Shown: one piece after another, positions 38,086 to 48,800 of the stretch
How positions within the stretch are numbered: the stretch's first letter is position 1
How the letters are laid out: every line of letters begins with the position of its first letter
Assembly (NCBI GenBank): GCA_046050355.1
Contig: JBJOPW010000001.1
Coordinates: 1-64,000, forward strand
Length of the DNA stretch: 64,000 bases
Direction of reading: 5' to 3'
Source: Candidatus Parcubacteria bacterium
GTDB taxonomy: Bacteria > Patescibacteriota > Minisyncoccia > Phycocordibacterales > UBA918
Position numbers and translations under genes: made by a program
Notes under the pieces: generated by a model
Seen by the model: the letters and a program-made list of their open reading frames with translations, nothing else
The model's database searches: none
What the model was told of the DNA's origin: nothing

Positions 38086-38679
38086 TTATCGATTTTTATT
38101 CGTCCAAAGATCCTTCCACCACTCTGACGGATCCCGTTCATAGAGGGTCTTGCCGAGCGTCTTGGCGACGTCTGTCTTGAGGCGGTCTAGTGGTCGTGAG
38201 TCGACATCGTTCCGTTTGCCAGCGAGCCAGATTTGGGCTTCTTTACTTCCCTGCCATTCGTACTCCCGCAAGAGGAGGATTTGATCGATAATATCAGCGT
38301 CTTTGGCACAGAGCGATTCGAGTGACTCACGCTCCTCATACTCCTGATTGAGGGTGAGAAGGTCATCAAATGGCAAGGTACCGAGCTGGTCTGAGGCGAT
38401 TTCAGTATCATAAACCTTTACGTAGCGTTTGTGTACCCAGTTGTGGTCATTACTGCGGATTTCGCCAAGGTCGTGGATAAGACACATCATGACGGTCTTG
38501 TACGGGTCAGCACCGGCGAGTTTCGCCAAGTGCCAACCGATAAGAGCAACCCGGTAGGAGTGTGACGCGATGGTATCGGACGAATCCTCAACGAGGAGCG
38601 TCTGTCGGTGCATACGCTGTAGGCGACGCATGGTACCGACCTCGAATAAAAAGTCCGCCAACCGCTTACTGGTGTCCAT
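38086..38679 (-). CDS. HD-domain hydrolase (YfbR/HDDC2-like 5'-deoxynucleotidase)
   Basis: DTIASHSYRV, CLIHDLGE, KDAD. Confidence 0.85.
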   Translation of the reverse strand: MDTSKRLADFLFEVGTMRRLQRMHRQTLLVEDSSDTIASHSYRVALIGWHLAKLAGADPYKTVMMCLIHDLGEIRSNDHNWVHKRYVKVYDTEIASDQLGTLPFDDLLTLNQEYEERESLESLCAKDADIIDQILLLREYEWQGSKEAQIWLAGKRNDVDSRPLDRLKTDVAKTLGKTLYERDPSEWWKDLWTNKNR

Positions 38680-38686
38680 GCACCCA

Positions 38687-38845
38687 TTATACGCCTGTTT
38701 CAGAATGTGAACAATAAAGAAAAAGGCGCAAAGATGCGCCCGAGTGCCATATTGGCACCAAGTATCGACAGTGCGGGCAGCGGACTACCCAGTCGAAACT
38801 TGACGTGAAGAACAGTTGGTTGCAGTGATGACAAAATACGAACAT
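38687..38845 (-). CDS. 52-aa zinc-ribbon microprotein (not in ORF track)
   Basis: AGGAG SD 7 nt upstream; CHHC-x14-CPHC. Confidence 0.6.
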   Translation of the reverse strand: MFVFCHHCNQLFFTSSFDWVVRCPHCRYLVPIWHSGASLRLFLYCSHSETGV

Positions 38846-38931
38846 CGATTGTCTCCTGGTTGCTCTTATCTATGACGGTAGAAAGTGCCAAAAGGTTACA
38901 GAAACTACGAAGCAAGGTATACTCAGTACAT

Positions 38932-39201
38932 ATGAAACCAGATGATTTGAAACAAGCACCAAAACTATTTTGCGAAAGTATTAATATCGGCTTTACGCCA
39001 GAATTCTTTGTGATGGGGCTATCCTCAGGCAATCAGGCAGCTATTTATTCACTCACGCCCCAACACGCGAAGCGTCTCCAGCAGTACCTCTCCCACCAGC
39101 TCGCCGACTACGAAAAAGCTCATGGCGCAATCAAAGCGGAATGGTCACCGACGGTTGTCAGTCCCGTCCAGCGTGCCAATCCGCCCTCGGATTTGAGTTA
39201 A
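38932..39201 (+). CDS. DUF3467-like small protein
   Basis: INIGFTPEFFVM..LTPQHAKRL..YEKAHGAI. Confidence 0.75.
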   Translation: MKPDDLKQAPKLFCESINIGFTPEFFVMGLSSGNQAAIYSLTPQHAKRLQQYLSHQLADYEKAHGAIKAEWSPTVVSPVQRANPPSDLS

Positions 39202-39209
39202 TTGAGCTA

Positions 39210-39251
39210 ACAAAGGGCCGCCCTTCGTGAAAACGAAGGGCGGCCCTTTGT
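39210..39251. repeat. REPIN-like doublet, family 2, copy 2
   Basis: ACAAAGG-GCCGC-CCTTCGT gaaa + exact inverse. Confidence 0.85.
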
Positions 39252-39348
39252 GTGGGTGTTTCTCCTTGCTATTTGGCGAGGGATTTTCTATAGTTAGCTC
39301 CAATGCAAACCTCAGGGACGTGCAGACGTTCCTACAACATCAGGGAGA

Positions 39349-39936
39349 GTGACAATGCATTACGTGCTGCCCGAAAAGGATAACGATAACAAATACCTCA
39401 CCGAGATGCGTGATCCCACGCTTACACGCTCTCTCTTCCGGGAGCACATGCATCACTTCGGCGGTCGGTTGTACACGCATGCACTGGATAAGTTTCAGCT
39501 GGTGCCGGACAATCTATATGCTGTGGCAGTGATGCGTGCCGGGTGGGGTCTTTGCAACGGCGCCATGCTGAGTAACTACCAAGGCGACATCGGGATCATC
39601 GATGCGAAGCGTAATGAGCAAACGCTCAAATCGAAGATCAACGTCTACAAGTGCAACCGTGATTTGGAGCACTATGTGACCTTGGTCTTTGAGACCATGC
39701 TCGCAACCGGTGGGTCCCTTTCAAATTCCATTCGGCTGTTGAAGGAGCGGTCGCGGGCGCGAGACATCATCGCACTCACGCTTCTGTCTGCGCCACAGGG
39801 TCTCACACGGATGCAAGAAGACCATCCCGATGTGGACATCCTCACGGTTCGGATTGATGAAGGGCTCAACGGGCACGGATTCATCGTTCCTGGCCTCGGC
39901 GACGCGGGCGATCGCTACTTTGGACCGATCGAATGA
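39349..39936 (+). CDS. upp: Uracil phosphoribosyltransferase
   Basis: MRAG, MLATGGS, GFIVPGLGDAGDRYFG. Confidence 0.9.
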   Translation: MTMHYVLPEKDNDNKYLTEMRDPTLTRSLFREHMHHFGGRLYTHALDKFQLVPDNLYAVAVMRAGWGLCNGAMLSNYQGDIGIIDAKRNEQTLKSKINVYKCNRDLEHYVTLVFETMLATGGSLSNSIRLLKERSRARDIIALTLLSAPQGLTRMQEDHPDVDILTVRIDEGLNGHGFIVPGLGDAGDRYFGPIE

Positions 39937-39986
39937 CAATGAAAACGACCGGCACCCCTGGGTGCCGGTCGAATCTATTTCTCTAT

Positions 39987-41087
39987 CTAAATCAAAAACT
40001 CAATCACGTCGCCGTCTTTGACGATATACTCCTTCCCTTCCATGCGGAGTTTGCCGGCTTCACGGGCCTTTGCAATCGATCCACACTCCACGAGGTCAGC
40101 GAAGGTCACGACCTGTGCTCGGATATACTTCTTTTCAAAATCAGTATGGATGGCTGCCGCTGCTTTCGGCCCAGTTGAGCCAATTGGTACCGTCCAGGCG
40201 CGCGTCTCCTTTTCACCAGTGGTGAAGTACGACATGAGACCAAGACGGGTGTAACAGGCACGAATCAGGGTACTAATACCGCTATCCTGCGCACCATATT
40301 CCCGTCGAAAATCCATTTTCTCCTCTTCAGCGAGATCGCGCAGTTCGTGTTCCATCCCGGCGTCGACAACGACATACTCCGCTCCGTTAGCGTCAAAGAA
40401 GTCGAGGAGGGCATGCCAGCGTTCGTCACTTTGGTCATCGAGGTTCATACCTCCGTGCTTTTTGTTACAGATATACAAAAACGGCTTCATCGTGAGGAGG
40501 TGGAGATTTTTGGCGGCTTTATGTTCCTCTTCATTCATCTCAAGTTGATTCGCGAGGAGGCCGTCAGCGAGATGTTGTTTGAGGCGAACGAGGAGGTCAC
40601 GTTCGATAATGGCATCTTTGTCTCCCCGCTTGGCATCACGTTCAACGTTTCCGAGCCGCTTCTCGACAGTCTCAGCGTCTGCGAGAATGAGTTCGAGGTT
40701 GATTACTTCGATATCACCGCGGGGGTCAATGCGACCAGCCACATGGTGAATGTCTTCGTCTTCAAAAATGCGGACGACCTGGCCGATCATATCAGTCTCA
40801 CGGATGTTGGCGAGGAATTTGTTGCCAAGACCTTCTCCACTCGAAGCCCCTTCTACCAAACCAGCAATATCAACAAACTCCACCACGGCTGGGATGATTT
40901 GCTGTGAGTTTGAGATGCTGCTCAAGGTCTCAAGACGACTATCAGGTACGGCGACGACACCCACTGCGGGATCTATGGTGGCAAAGGGATAATTAGCAAT
41001 CAATACTTCATTACGGGTGAGCGCAGTGAAGAGAGTTGATTTTCCTACATTTGGTAAACCAACAATTCCGACACTTAGTTTTGACAT
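39987..41087 (-). CDS. ychF: Ribosome-binding ATPase YchF
   Basis: [38 protein letters not shown]. Confidence 0.97.
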   Translation of the reverse strand: MSKLSVGIVGLPNVGKSTLFTALTRNEVLIANYPFATIDPAVGVVAVPDSRLETLSSISNSQQIIPAVVEFVDIAGLVEGASSGEGLGNKFLANIRETDMIGQVVRIFEDEDIHHVAGRIDPRGDIEVINLELILADAETVEKRLGNVERDAKRGDKDAIIERDLLVRLKQHLADGLLANQLEMNEEEHKAAKNLHLLTMKPFLYICNKKHGGMNLDDQSDERWHALLDFFDANGAEYVVVDAGMEHELRDLAEEEKMDFRREYGAQDSGISTLIRACYTRLGLMSYFTTGEKETRAWTVPIGSTGPKAAAAIHTDFEKKYIRAQVVTFADLVECGSIAKAREAGKLRMEGKEYIVKDGDVIEFLI

Positions 41088-41117
41088 ACGACGGTGAGTG
41101 TAGCAGAAAAATATATA

Positions 41118-41223
41118 TAAAGAAACCACCCCATTGCAGAAGTGGTGTGTCGAGGGAGCTACACCGGTCAGTACCCAGCAGTAGAACAGTGCACGTGAAA
41201 ATACACGCAGCTCACCTCGACAC
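41118..41223 (-). ncRNA. Candidate structured sRNA or leader upstream of ychF
   Basis: Promoter TTGATT-17-CATAAT (41256-41228); closed stem GUGUCGAGG/CCUCGACAC; terminator whose G-U pairs work only on minus. Confidence 0.45.
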
Positions 41224-41247
41224 CATAATTATGACATAGAATACTAA

Positions 41248-42087
41248 TTAAATCAATGGTGGAACGTACTCACAAAACTTAATCTCACTCATATCCTTGC
41301 CGAGCTTCACCGCGAATACTTCTTTGACTGCATCTCGTCCGCCGAGAATGTCGACGAGTTTTTTCTCCTGAGCTCTTTTTCCAGTTAATGTAGAGCCATC
41401 GGCCAAAGAGGCAATCTCGTCTCGATTAATGTTGCGGTACTTGCTGACCAAATCAATAAAGTAGTCATGTATCTCACTGAGTTGAGCCTCAAGGAGCGAA
41501 CGTTCTTCATCAGTCAGTGGCTTGTTTGGATTACCCATGTCTTTGAACTTTCCAGAATGCAGTGGTACGTAGGTGATACCTTCCTCTTCATTTTTTTCTG
41601 ACTCCTCAGTGTATGACATAGTGACACCTATACTCCCGACATCAGACATCGGTGAGGCGACGATGGTGTCAGCCGCTGAGGCGATCATATACCCACCCGA
41701 AGCCGCCATGTCGCCAATGAGTGCTACATTTGGTAAATCAAGAGCTGCAACCTGACCAGCGATATCTTCAGAAGCGACGGGAGTGCCACCTGGTGAATTG
41801 ATTTCAAACAGTACTCCTTCGATCGTCGTCTCGTACTCAAGACTTGCGATGAAGTCTCGAACATCGGTCGGGGTGGTCACAAAATCCTCGTACATAACAC
41901 CGTTACCAAACGGCATAATCACACCAGTGATAGGCATGATGGCAATATTACATTCTCCATCGCTGATACTCGTGAGACTAAAAGTAAAGACTCCAATCAT
42001 CCCGATGATAATTGCGATAGTAAGGATTACCGCAAAGACTTTGAGTAAGACACTGGCGAGCTCGCGCCCGAACGACATATGAGACAT
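41248..42087 (-). CDS. sppA: Signal peptide peptidase SppA (S49)
   Basis: INSPGG, AASGGY, GSIGV, GKFKD. Confidence 0.92.
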   Translation of the reverse strand: MSHMSFGRELASVLLKVFAVILTIAIIIGMIGVFTFSLTSISDGECNIAIMPITGVIMPFGNGVMYEDFVTTPTDVRDFIASLEYETTIEGVLFEINSPGGTPVASEDIAGQVAALDLPNVALIGDMAASGGYMIASAADTIVASPMSDVGSIGVTMSYTEESEKNEEEGITYVPLHSGKFKDMGNPNKPLTDEERSLLEAQLSEIHDYFIDLVSKYRNINRDEIASLADGSTLTGKRAQEKKLVDILGGRDAVKEVFAVKLGKDMSEIKFCEYVPPLI

Positions 42088-42122
42088 ATAGTCCTCAGTA
42101 TAACAGAAAGACAGCTAGACGC

Positions 42123-42518
42123 TTACCAATTAAGGTACGTAATAGTGAATTGGAGGACAGTAGCAAAAGAGACCCAGAGCAGGTATGGGATATTTACATA
42201 CGTGACCCAGGGGAAGTACGGGTGGATGAAGTAAAGGGCGGCAACGAGGGTTGCGAGCACTAGAGTGATATCAATAGCGGCGAGGAGATTACTCTGTAAT
42301 CCGAACTGGAGGGGTGTGAAGAGGGCGTTCGCGATAAGGTTGAGGAGAAAGATACCAGCAATGAAGTAGGGCACTTCACCGGTGTAGGCTTTATAAAACA
42401 CATAGGAGAAGCTCACTGCAATGATGACATACAGCACACTCCACACCGGGCCAAAGAGCCATGCTGGTGGTGCCCACGTTGGTTTGATTAGGGTCGCGTA
42501 CCACGAGTAGGATTCCAT
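42123..42518 (-). CDS. tspO: TspO/MBR tryptophan-rich sensory protein
   Basis: WYATLIKPTWAPPAWLFGPVW, PYLLWVSFA. Confidence 0.92.
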   Translation of the reverse strand: MESYSWYATLIKPTWAPPAWLFGPVWSVLYVIIAVSFSYVFYKAYTGEVPYFIAGIFLLNLIANALFTPLQFGLQSNLLAAIDITLVLATLVAALYFIHPYFPWVTYVNIPYLLWVSFATVLQFTITYLNW

Positions 42519-42601
42519 ACGTGTATTGTACCATGGTAGACAAACGAAAAGGCGGAGAGACGGAAGTCTAACTCCGCCTCTCCGCCGTGGTTTTCAGCTG
42601 A

Positions 42602-42943
42602 TCAAGTACCAGTGTAGAATCTCGGCTTCACCGGGCTAAAGTCATTCCAGATCGTCACGCCGTTGTGGATGTCACGTACAGGGCTGCCCTCGAGAGGTCC
42701 AATCCAGCACCCAGCTCCATCACCGTTGTCGATGTAGTTGTAGAGCATCCATTGCGTTTGGCAGATAACAAACTCGTACCCGGCATACCAACGCTCTGTC
42801 CGAGGCGGAGTGATGGTGATCTGGACACCAGCCGAGGCATTTCCGCTTTGATAAAGGATTGTCTTTCCCGATGCAGTCTTCATCCCTCCCTCCACGCAAG
42901 CAGTGAGAGAAAAGAATATGAGAAGAGCGATAATAGCGCGCAT
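42602..42943 (-). CDS. Putative lipoprotein
   Basis: AGGAGG SD; signal peptide with LTAC lipobox. Confidence 0.7.
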   Translation of the reverse strand: MRAIIALLIFFSLTACVEGGMKTASGKTILYQSGNASAGVQITITPPRTERWYAGYEFVICQTQWMLYNYIDNGDGAGCWIGPLEGSPVRDIHNGVTIWNDFSPVKPRFYTGT

Positions 42944-43043
42944 AGCGTCCTCCTTGATGTACGATTCCCAAGACTATATCACACAAAACAAAGAAAATCA
43001 ATGCTCCAGCATTGATTTTCTTTGTTTGCAGTTAATTTTCCTA

Positions 43044-43622
43044 TTAAATTGCTTTCTTCCCCATTGATTCGACTTCTCGGAGCCACTTTTCGCGGCATGG
43101 TTGCCCGACCTTTTCACACGGACCATAGGCAGTCACTGCGGTGCGGATACCAGCAAATTCGAGGATTCCGTACTGGATTTCGTTCGTGAAATCACCAAAA
43201 CGCCACCAGGTCTGAAATGGTGAGTGAGTACCCGAGAGCACAATCACTCGAGCGGTACGCCCTTTGAGGTGTTTATCAATCCGCTTGGTTTCTTTGTTGA
43301 AGTTAAACGCAAAGCCAGGCAACCAAAAGCGGTCAAAGAGACCTTTGAGGATGGCTGGCATCGCACACCACCAGTTTGGGTAAACTATCATGATATGCTC
43401 AGCTTCACGAAAGCGATTCTGGAGCTCTATCAGATCAGGCTCAAGTTGTTGAATCTCCTTGTACCCCTTGTGGAGAATTGGATCAAAGTTGAGTTGGCCA
43501 ATATTTACCCGAGTCACATCGTGACCAGCTTCGCGCGCAGCGGTTTCGTATCGTGTTGCTACTTCCCCACTAAATGACTCGTGGTCAGGGTGACCACAAA
43601 GAACTAAGATCTTTTTTGACAT
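43044..43622 (-). CDS. NAD(P)H-dependent oxidoreductase, flavodoxin-like fold
   Basis: GHPDHESF, YPNWW..PAILKGLFDR..PGFAF. Confidence 0.92.
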   Translation of the reverse strand: MSKKILVLCGHPDHESFSGEVATRYETAAREAGHDVTRVNIGQLNFDPILHKGYKEIQQLEPDLIELQNRFREAEHIMIVYPNWWCAMPAILKGLFDRFWLPGFAFNFNKETKRIDKHLKGRTARVIVLSGTHSPFQTWWRFGDFTNEIQYGILEFAGIRTAVTAYGPCEKVGQPCREKWLREVESMGKKAI

Positions 43623-43707
43623 AGATACCTAGAGTATACGGCAACACAGCGCATCTAAAGATGCGCTGTGTTGATAATCCGTCAATTAAATTTATTTCGA
43701 GATTGAG

Positions 43708-43827
43708 AATTAAACAAGCGGCCCGAGATTCTAGGCGTCGAGACAAAGTATCATGAGGCGTACATCGTTGTACGATGAGTGATGCTTTGTTGAAGACAAC
43801 AACGAAGATTGGGCTGATTGTTTGATT
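43708..43827. repeat. 120-nt imperfect rod-like palindrome next to the stop of gene 43829-44143
   Basis: AATTAAACAA..TTGTTTGATT ends; central CGTACA-TCGT-TGTACG. Confidence 0.7.
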
Positions 43828-43828
43828 C

Positions 43829-44143
43829 CTACCTCCTAATAGTGCCGTTCGGGTTAAATTGTCCCTGACTCCCCATCTGCATCTTTGCGAGTTTCTCCTT
43901 CATTTCTGGACTCATAACCGCGAGAATCTCCTGCTGGTACTTGGGGAGTACCTTCATGGCAGCGGCCATTTGGTTGTTACCGTTGGTTTTTAGTTCTGCC
44001 TGCATTTCTTTGGCAATTTTTTCAAAGAGCTCGGGCTTCTTTTCGAGCATCTCAATAATCATTTGCTGTTGCTCGACTGGGACGTTTTTCATTTGCGATT
44101 GCACGAGCTTCTTAATCGCCATGTTCTTTAATTTTCCAAACAT
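43829..44143 (-). CDS. Small helical Met/Gln/Lys-rich hypothetical protein
   Basis: 104-aa ORF with coding-like composition. Confidence 0.75.
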   Translation of the reverse strand: MFGKLKNMAIKKLVQSQMKNVPVEQQQMIIEMLEKKPELFEKIAKEMQAELKTNGNNQMAAAMKVLPKYQQEILAVMSPEMKEKLAKMQMGSQGQFNPNGTIRR

Positions 44144-44266
44144 ATGTGTCGCCTATGGTAGCACACCGGCACTGCCTCTGCCTATATTTGAAGGTCTCGC
44201 AGAGTATAGACAAGTGTGAAAAATAATGTTATTATAAGGATTATTTGAAAAAGTAAGCGCCTATGT

Positions 44267-45859
44267 ATGCAGTCTATGTTAGGAGTAATTTTATCTGTGT
44301 TTAAGGATTTGGTGGCCTTTAGTAAACAACCATTTGGTATGAAGTGGACGCGCAAGCGAGTGATTGCTACCCTTTTGGCTCTTTTAGCCGTCGCGTGGTT
44401 CGTTTCGCGTGGTCAAAATGACGAAGTGGTAGCGCCCGTTGAAACTACCCCCGAAGTAAGGGTGGCCCAGGTAGCAAATCTCTCTGGTGGAGCCGGCTTT
44501 GCTATCACCGGATCAGTCGAAGCGCTTGCTGAAGCCCAGCTTAAGGCCGAAGCTGGCGGTCGTGTGACTGCGGTTACCACTGAAATCGGTAAGTTCGTCT
44601 CAGCTGGTCAGGTGATTGCCACCCTTGAAAATGCAGGACAGCGAGCTGCCCTTCTCCAGGCTCAAGGTGCCTACGAAGCTGCGCTTGCTGCCAATCGTCA
44701 AGGTGCAGTGGGTATCGGTGAGGCCACTACTGCAGTTGAAACTGCGAAGCGTAATGCGGTCACCGGTAATGCTGGTGCCTACAATACGGTGAGTGGTGTC
44801 GTGAGAACCACGGTTGATGCTTATTTTTCAAATCCAACCTCAATCACTCCTGGACTACGTATCGACGGTCAGGGTAATGCCACGAGTATTACTGCTGCCC
44901 GGGCTGCTATCGAAGCTTCTCTCACCAAGTGGAAAACTGAAAGTGCATCACTGACACCAGTCGGTACTATCACGGACGCCATTGAAAATGGCCGCCGCTA
45001 TACCAAAGAAGTGGTAGTGCTCGTCGATAGTCTTATATCAGCTATTGAACGTGATACCGATAGTGGTTCGGCTGCGGCTACAGCCCGGGCTGCTGATATT
45101 GCACTTTTAACAACCGCCCGTAGTACACTACTTGGTGTAGAAAGTTCACTCCAAGGTTCACTCACAGCTATCAGAGCGGCAGAGGATGCGAAGAGTCGTG
45201 CTGAAATCACCGCTGGTCAAGGTGGTCCAACTGCCAACAGTGCCGCCCTGACTCAGGCCCTTGGTGCCGTCCGTGCTGCACAGGCTCAATACGAAAAGAC
45301 CCTCGTGCGCACCCCAATTAGCGGTGTCGTAAATGCGCTATACCTTAAACGTGGTGACTTCGTGGCACCCCAGGCTGATGCGGCAGTGATTGCCAACAAT
45401 AATGGCAAGCAGGTGGTTGGTGCCATTACCGAAGCTGATAGTCAGACGATCAAAATCGGTGATACCGTCCGCTTCGATGATGTGGCGACCGGTACCGTGA
45501 CCGCAATCGCAGGTGCGGTAGACCCAAAGACGGGTAAAGTTGCGATCAAGATGAGTGTTTCAAATCCAGAGCTGCTCACCACCGGTACTACTGTCTCAGT
45601 CTCATTTGCCGATACTGGTACGAATACCTCACCAGTAGAGACGCCAATTATTATTCCACTCACGGCGGTGAAGCTCATGGCCGATAGTGCGGTGGTGTTC
45701 ACCATTACGAGTGATGCAAAGCTCGAAGCTCGTACTATCACCCTCGGACGAGTGCTTGGCGACACAATCATCGTGACCGAAGGACTCTCGAAGTCAGACA
45801 CTATTGTCGTGGATGTCCGTGGCCGCAAAGCGGGAGAAACCGTAACTGTTTCCTACTAA
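44267..45859 (+). CDS. RND efflux membrane-fusion (adaptor) protein
   Basis: N-terminal TM, lipoyl halves (AEAGGRV; VRTPISGVV), long helical hairpin. Confidence 0.9.
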   Translation: MQSMLGVILSVFKDLVAFSKQPFGMKWTRKRVIATLLALLAVAWFVSRGQNDEVVAPVETTPEVRVAQVANLSGGAGFAITGSVEALAEAQLKAEAGGRVTAVTTEIGKFVSAGQVIATLENAGQRAALLQAQGAYEAALAANRQGAVGIGEATTAVETAKRNAVTGNAGAYNTVSGVVRTTVDAYFSNPTSITPGLRIDGQGNATSITAARAAIEASLTKWKTESASLTPVGTITDAIENGRRYTKEVVVLVDSLISAIERDTDSGSAAATARAADIALLTTARSTLLGVESSLQGSLTAIRAAEDAKSRAEITAGQGGPTANSAALTQALGAVRAAQAQYEKTLVRTPISGVVNALYLKRGDFVAPQADAAVIANNNGKQVVGAITEADSQTIKIGDTVRFDDVATGTVTAIAGAVDPKTGKVAIKMSVSNPELLTTGTTVSVSFADTGTNTSPVETPIIIPLTAVKLMADSAVVFTITSDAKLEARTITLGRVLGDTIIVTEGLSKSDTIVVDVRGRKAGETVTVSY

Positions 45860-45860
45860 T

Positions 45861-48800
45861 ATGCATAATCTATGGTTTTTCTTCTTACGTAAGCAAGAAT
45901 TTAGTTGGCTTGTCATCCTGACCCTGATTGCGCTTGGGGTGTATGCACTTATTGCCATCCCGAAGGAAGCCTCGCCTGAGGTAATTGTGCCGGTGGGTAT
46001 TGTGACGACTGTCTACCCTGGTGCCTCTGCTCGTGATATCGAGGAACTTATCACCAATCGCCTTGAAGACGCAATTGAGAATGTTGACGATATCAAAGAA
46101 ATCACCTCAACGTCACGTGATGGTGTGTCTTCAATCACCGCTGAGTTTAATGCTTCAGCCAACATCGACGATTCAATCCAGGCACTGAAGGATGCCATTG
46201 ATACCGCCAAGGCTGAACTCCCGCGCGATGCTGAAGACCCCATTGTGTCTGAGGTGAACTTTGCCGATCAGCCGATTTTTGTTATCTCGATTTCTTCTGA
46301 TGCTACTCCGGCCGATTTCACGACGCTCAGTGAGACTTTAACCGATGAGTTCAAAGATGTGCTCGGTGTGAGTAAGGTTGATGTTCAGGGTGTTCGCCCT
46401 CGTCAGGTACAGGTCGTCATTCCACCTGAGCGTCTCACGGCTTTTGGTGTAACCTTAAACGATGTCACTGGAGCACTAGCTCAGAGTAACAATGGCTTCC
46501 CGGTTGGTGCTATCACTGCCGGTGGCGTTGAGTACAGTGTACGTCTGGAGGGTAAACTTTTGACCCCGAAGGATGTCGAAAATGTCATTGTCACAACCAA
46601 AGCTGGTACACCGGTCTATCTCAGTGATGTCGCGACCGTGGTCGAGACTGTCGACGAAGCTTCGTCGCTCGCTCGCGTGTCGGTGGGTGGCCAACCGTCA
46701 GAACTGGCGATGACCATCTCGATTTACAAAAAGTCTGGGGTGAATGTCACGACGATGTCCGACGCCGTGAACGAAAAGCTCGCTGCTATGCGGGCAGAGG
46801 GAGGACTCCTCGCCAGCTCACAGGTACTCGTTATCTTTGACCAGGGAGAAGATACTAAAGAGCAGCTGAATGAACTCGTGAAGGCTGGTGCCGAGACGGT
46901 AGTCCTCGTGATGATTTCGCTCCTCCTCACTATCGGGTGGCGTGAATCAGTGGTGGCTGGTCTCTCGATCCCCCTCTCATTTGTGATTGCCTTTATTGGA
47001 CTCTATGCTTCAGGGAACACGATTAACTTCCTTTCTCTCTTTGCGCTTATCCTCGCGGTCGGTATCCTCGTGGACTCCGGCATTGTGGTGACCGAAGCCA
47101 TCCATACACGCCTCAAACGTACTGGCAACCCACTGAAGGCAGCTCAAGAAACTATTCGTGAGTACGCCTGGCCGCTGATTGCTGGTACGATGACAACAGT
47201 AGCGGTATTCGCTCCCCTCTTCTTCCTGTCCGGCATTGTTGGACAATTTATTGCCTCAATTCCGTTTACGATTATCTTCGTACTGATTGCGTCGATTATT
47301 GTAGCGCTTGGGATGGTGCCGCTCATCGCAATTCTCTTTACGAGTAGTAAAGCACCAAACCGCTTCGAAGTAATGCAAGAGCACTACACCGAACTCGCTC
47401 AGGCGTGGTACCGTGCGCACCTCGTAACCTTCCTCCAGAACTTCCGTGCCCAACGCTGGTTCTTGTGGTCACTCTTTGGCGGCTTCTTGCTAGCGCTTCT
47501 GTTGCCAATTTCGGGGCTTCTTAGTGTTATTTTCTTCCCGCCGGAAGACGTTGACTTTATTTATATCGACATTGAAGCCAAAGAAGGGACTCCGCTTGCT
47601 GTTACTAATGTTGCTGTTCGTCAGGTGGAAGAGCTGCTCTACGAAGTGCCAGAAATTGAATCTTTCTCATCAGCTGCCGGTGGTGGTTCGGCCTTTACTG
47701 GATCTGGTGCCGCTGATGCCCGCTACGGTAACGTCACTGTCGCCCTCAACAAAGAGCGCGAGCGCTCGAGTGCCGAAATCTCGACTGATCTCCGCGCCAA
47801 ACTCGCTACTATCAAGGACGTAACGGTGGCAATTACCGAACAGCAAAATGGCCCACCAACTGGGGCACCCATCTCATTTACTTTTACTGGAGATGATATG
47901 AATGCGCTTGCTAAAGCGGCTGAAGATACGAGTCTTCTTCTCGAAAATGAGAAGGGCGTCCGAGATGTCACCAGTAGTGCGGACTCTAGTTCGGCTGAGT
48001 TTGTCCTTCGGATTGATAATGCCAAGGCCAGCCTCCTTGGTGTCAATTCAGCGAGTGTTGGTCCAGTCCTCCGGGCGGCGGTGTATGGACTCACGGCGAC
48101 TACCCTCCGCCGTGATGGTGACGATATCGATGTGGTGGTACGTCTTGGTAACCCAGATGAGATTCTCAGTTGGTCGACGACACCAGAGATTACCCTTGAT
48201 ACCCTCCGCAATATCCAAGTACAGACTATGACGGGTGAGACAGTCCTCCTTGGGTCTCTCCTCACGGACGACTATACGCCAGCGAACTCCGCAATTAATC
48301 ACAAGGCCAAGGAACGAATTGTGACCGTTGATGCCTTTACCGCAGGCGATGTCACCGCGACAGAAATTGTGGCCGCGATTACTCCACAGGTGCAAGCAAT
48401 CGCCAAGAACAATGGTGTTACGCTTTCTCTCGGTGGTGAAGCCGAAGATATCAATCAGTCATTTACCGAGATGTTCCTGGCCTTGATTGCCGGACTTCTC
48501 CTCATGCTTGCGATCCTCGTACTTTCCTTCAACTCTGTCCGCTACTCGTTCTACCTCCTGCTCGCCGTACCATATTCACTCATTGGTGTGTTTGTCGGTC
48601 TAGCTGCCACTGGATTGGCACTGTCGTTCACCTCGCTCCTGGGGGTGATTGCGCTCGCTGGGGTGATTATCAACCATGCGATTATTCTCATGGACTCACT
48701 GATCACCGCGAAGGCGTCACACGGTACTACCGGATCACTCATTGATCAGGTAGCTGATGCGTCAGTATCACGACTTCGTCCAATCTTCCTTACGACCATT

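Noticed and set aside
41147-41223. SRP RNA or tRNA
   Set aside because: Lacks the SRP helix-8 GNRA/CAGG-AGCA motif and a TTCG T-loop
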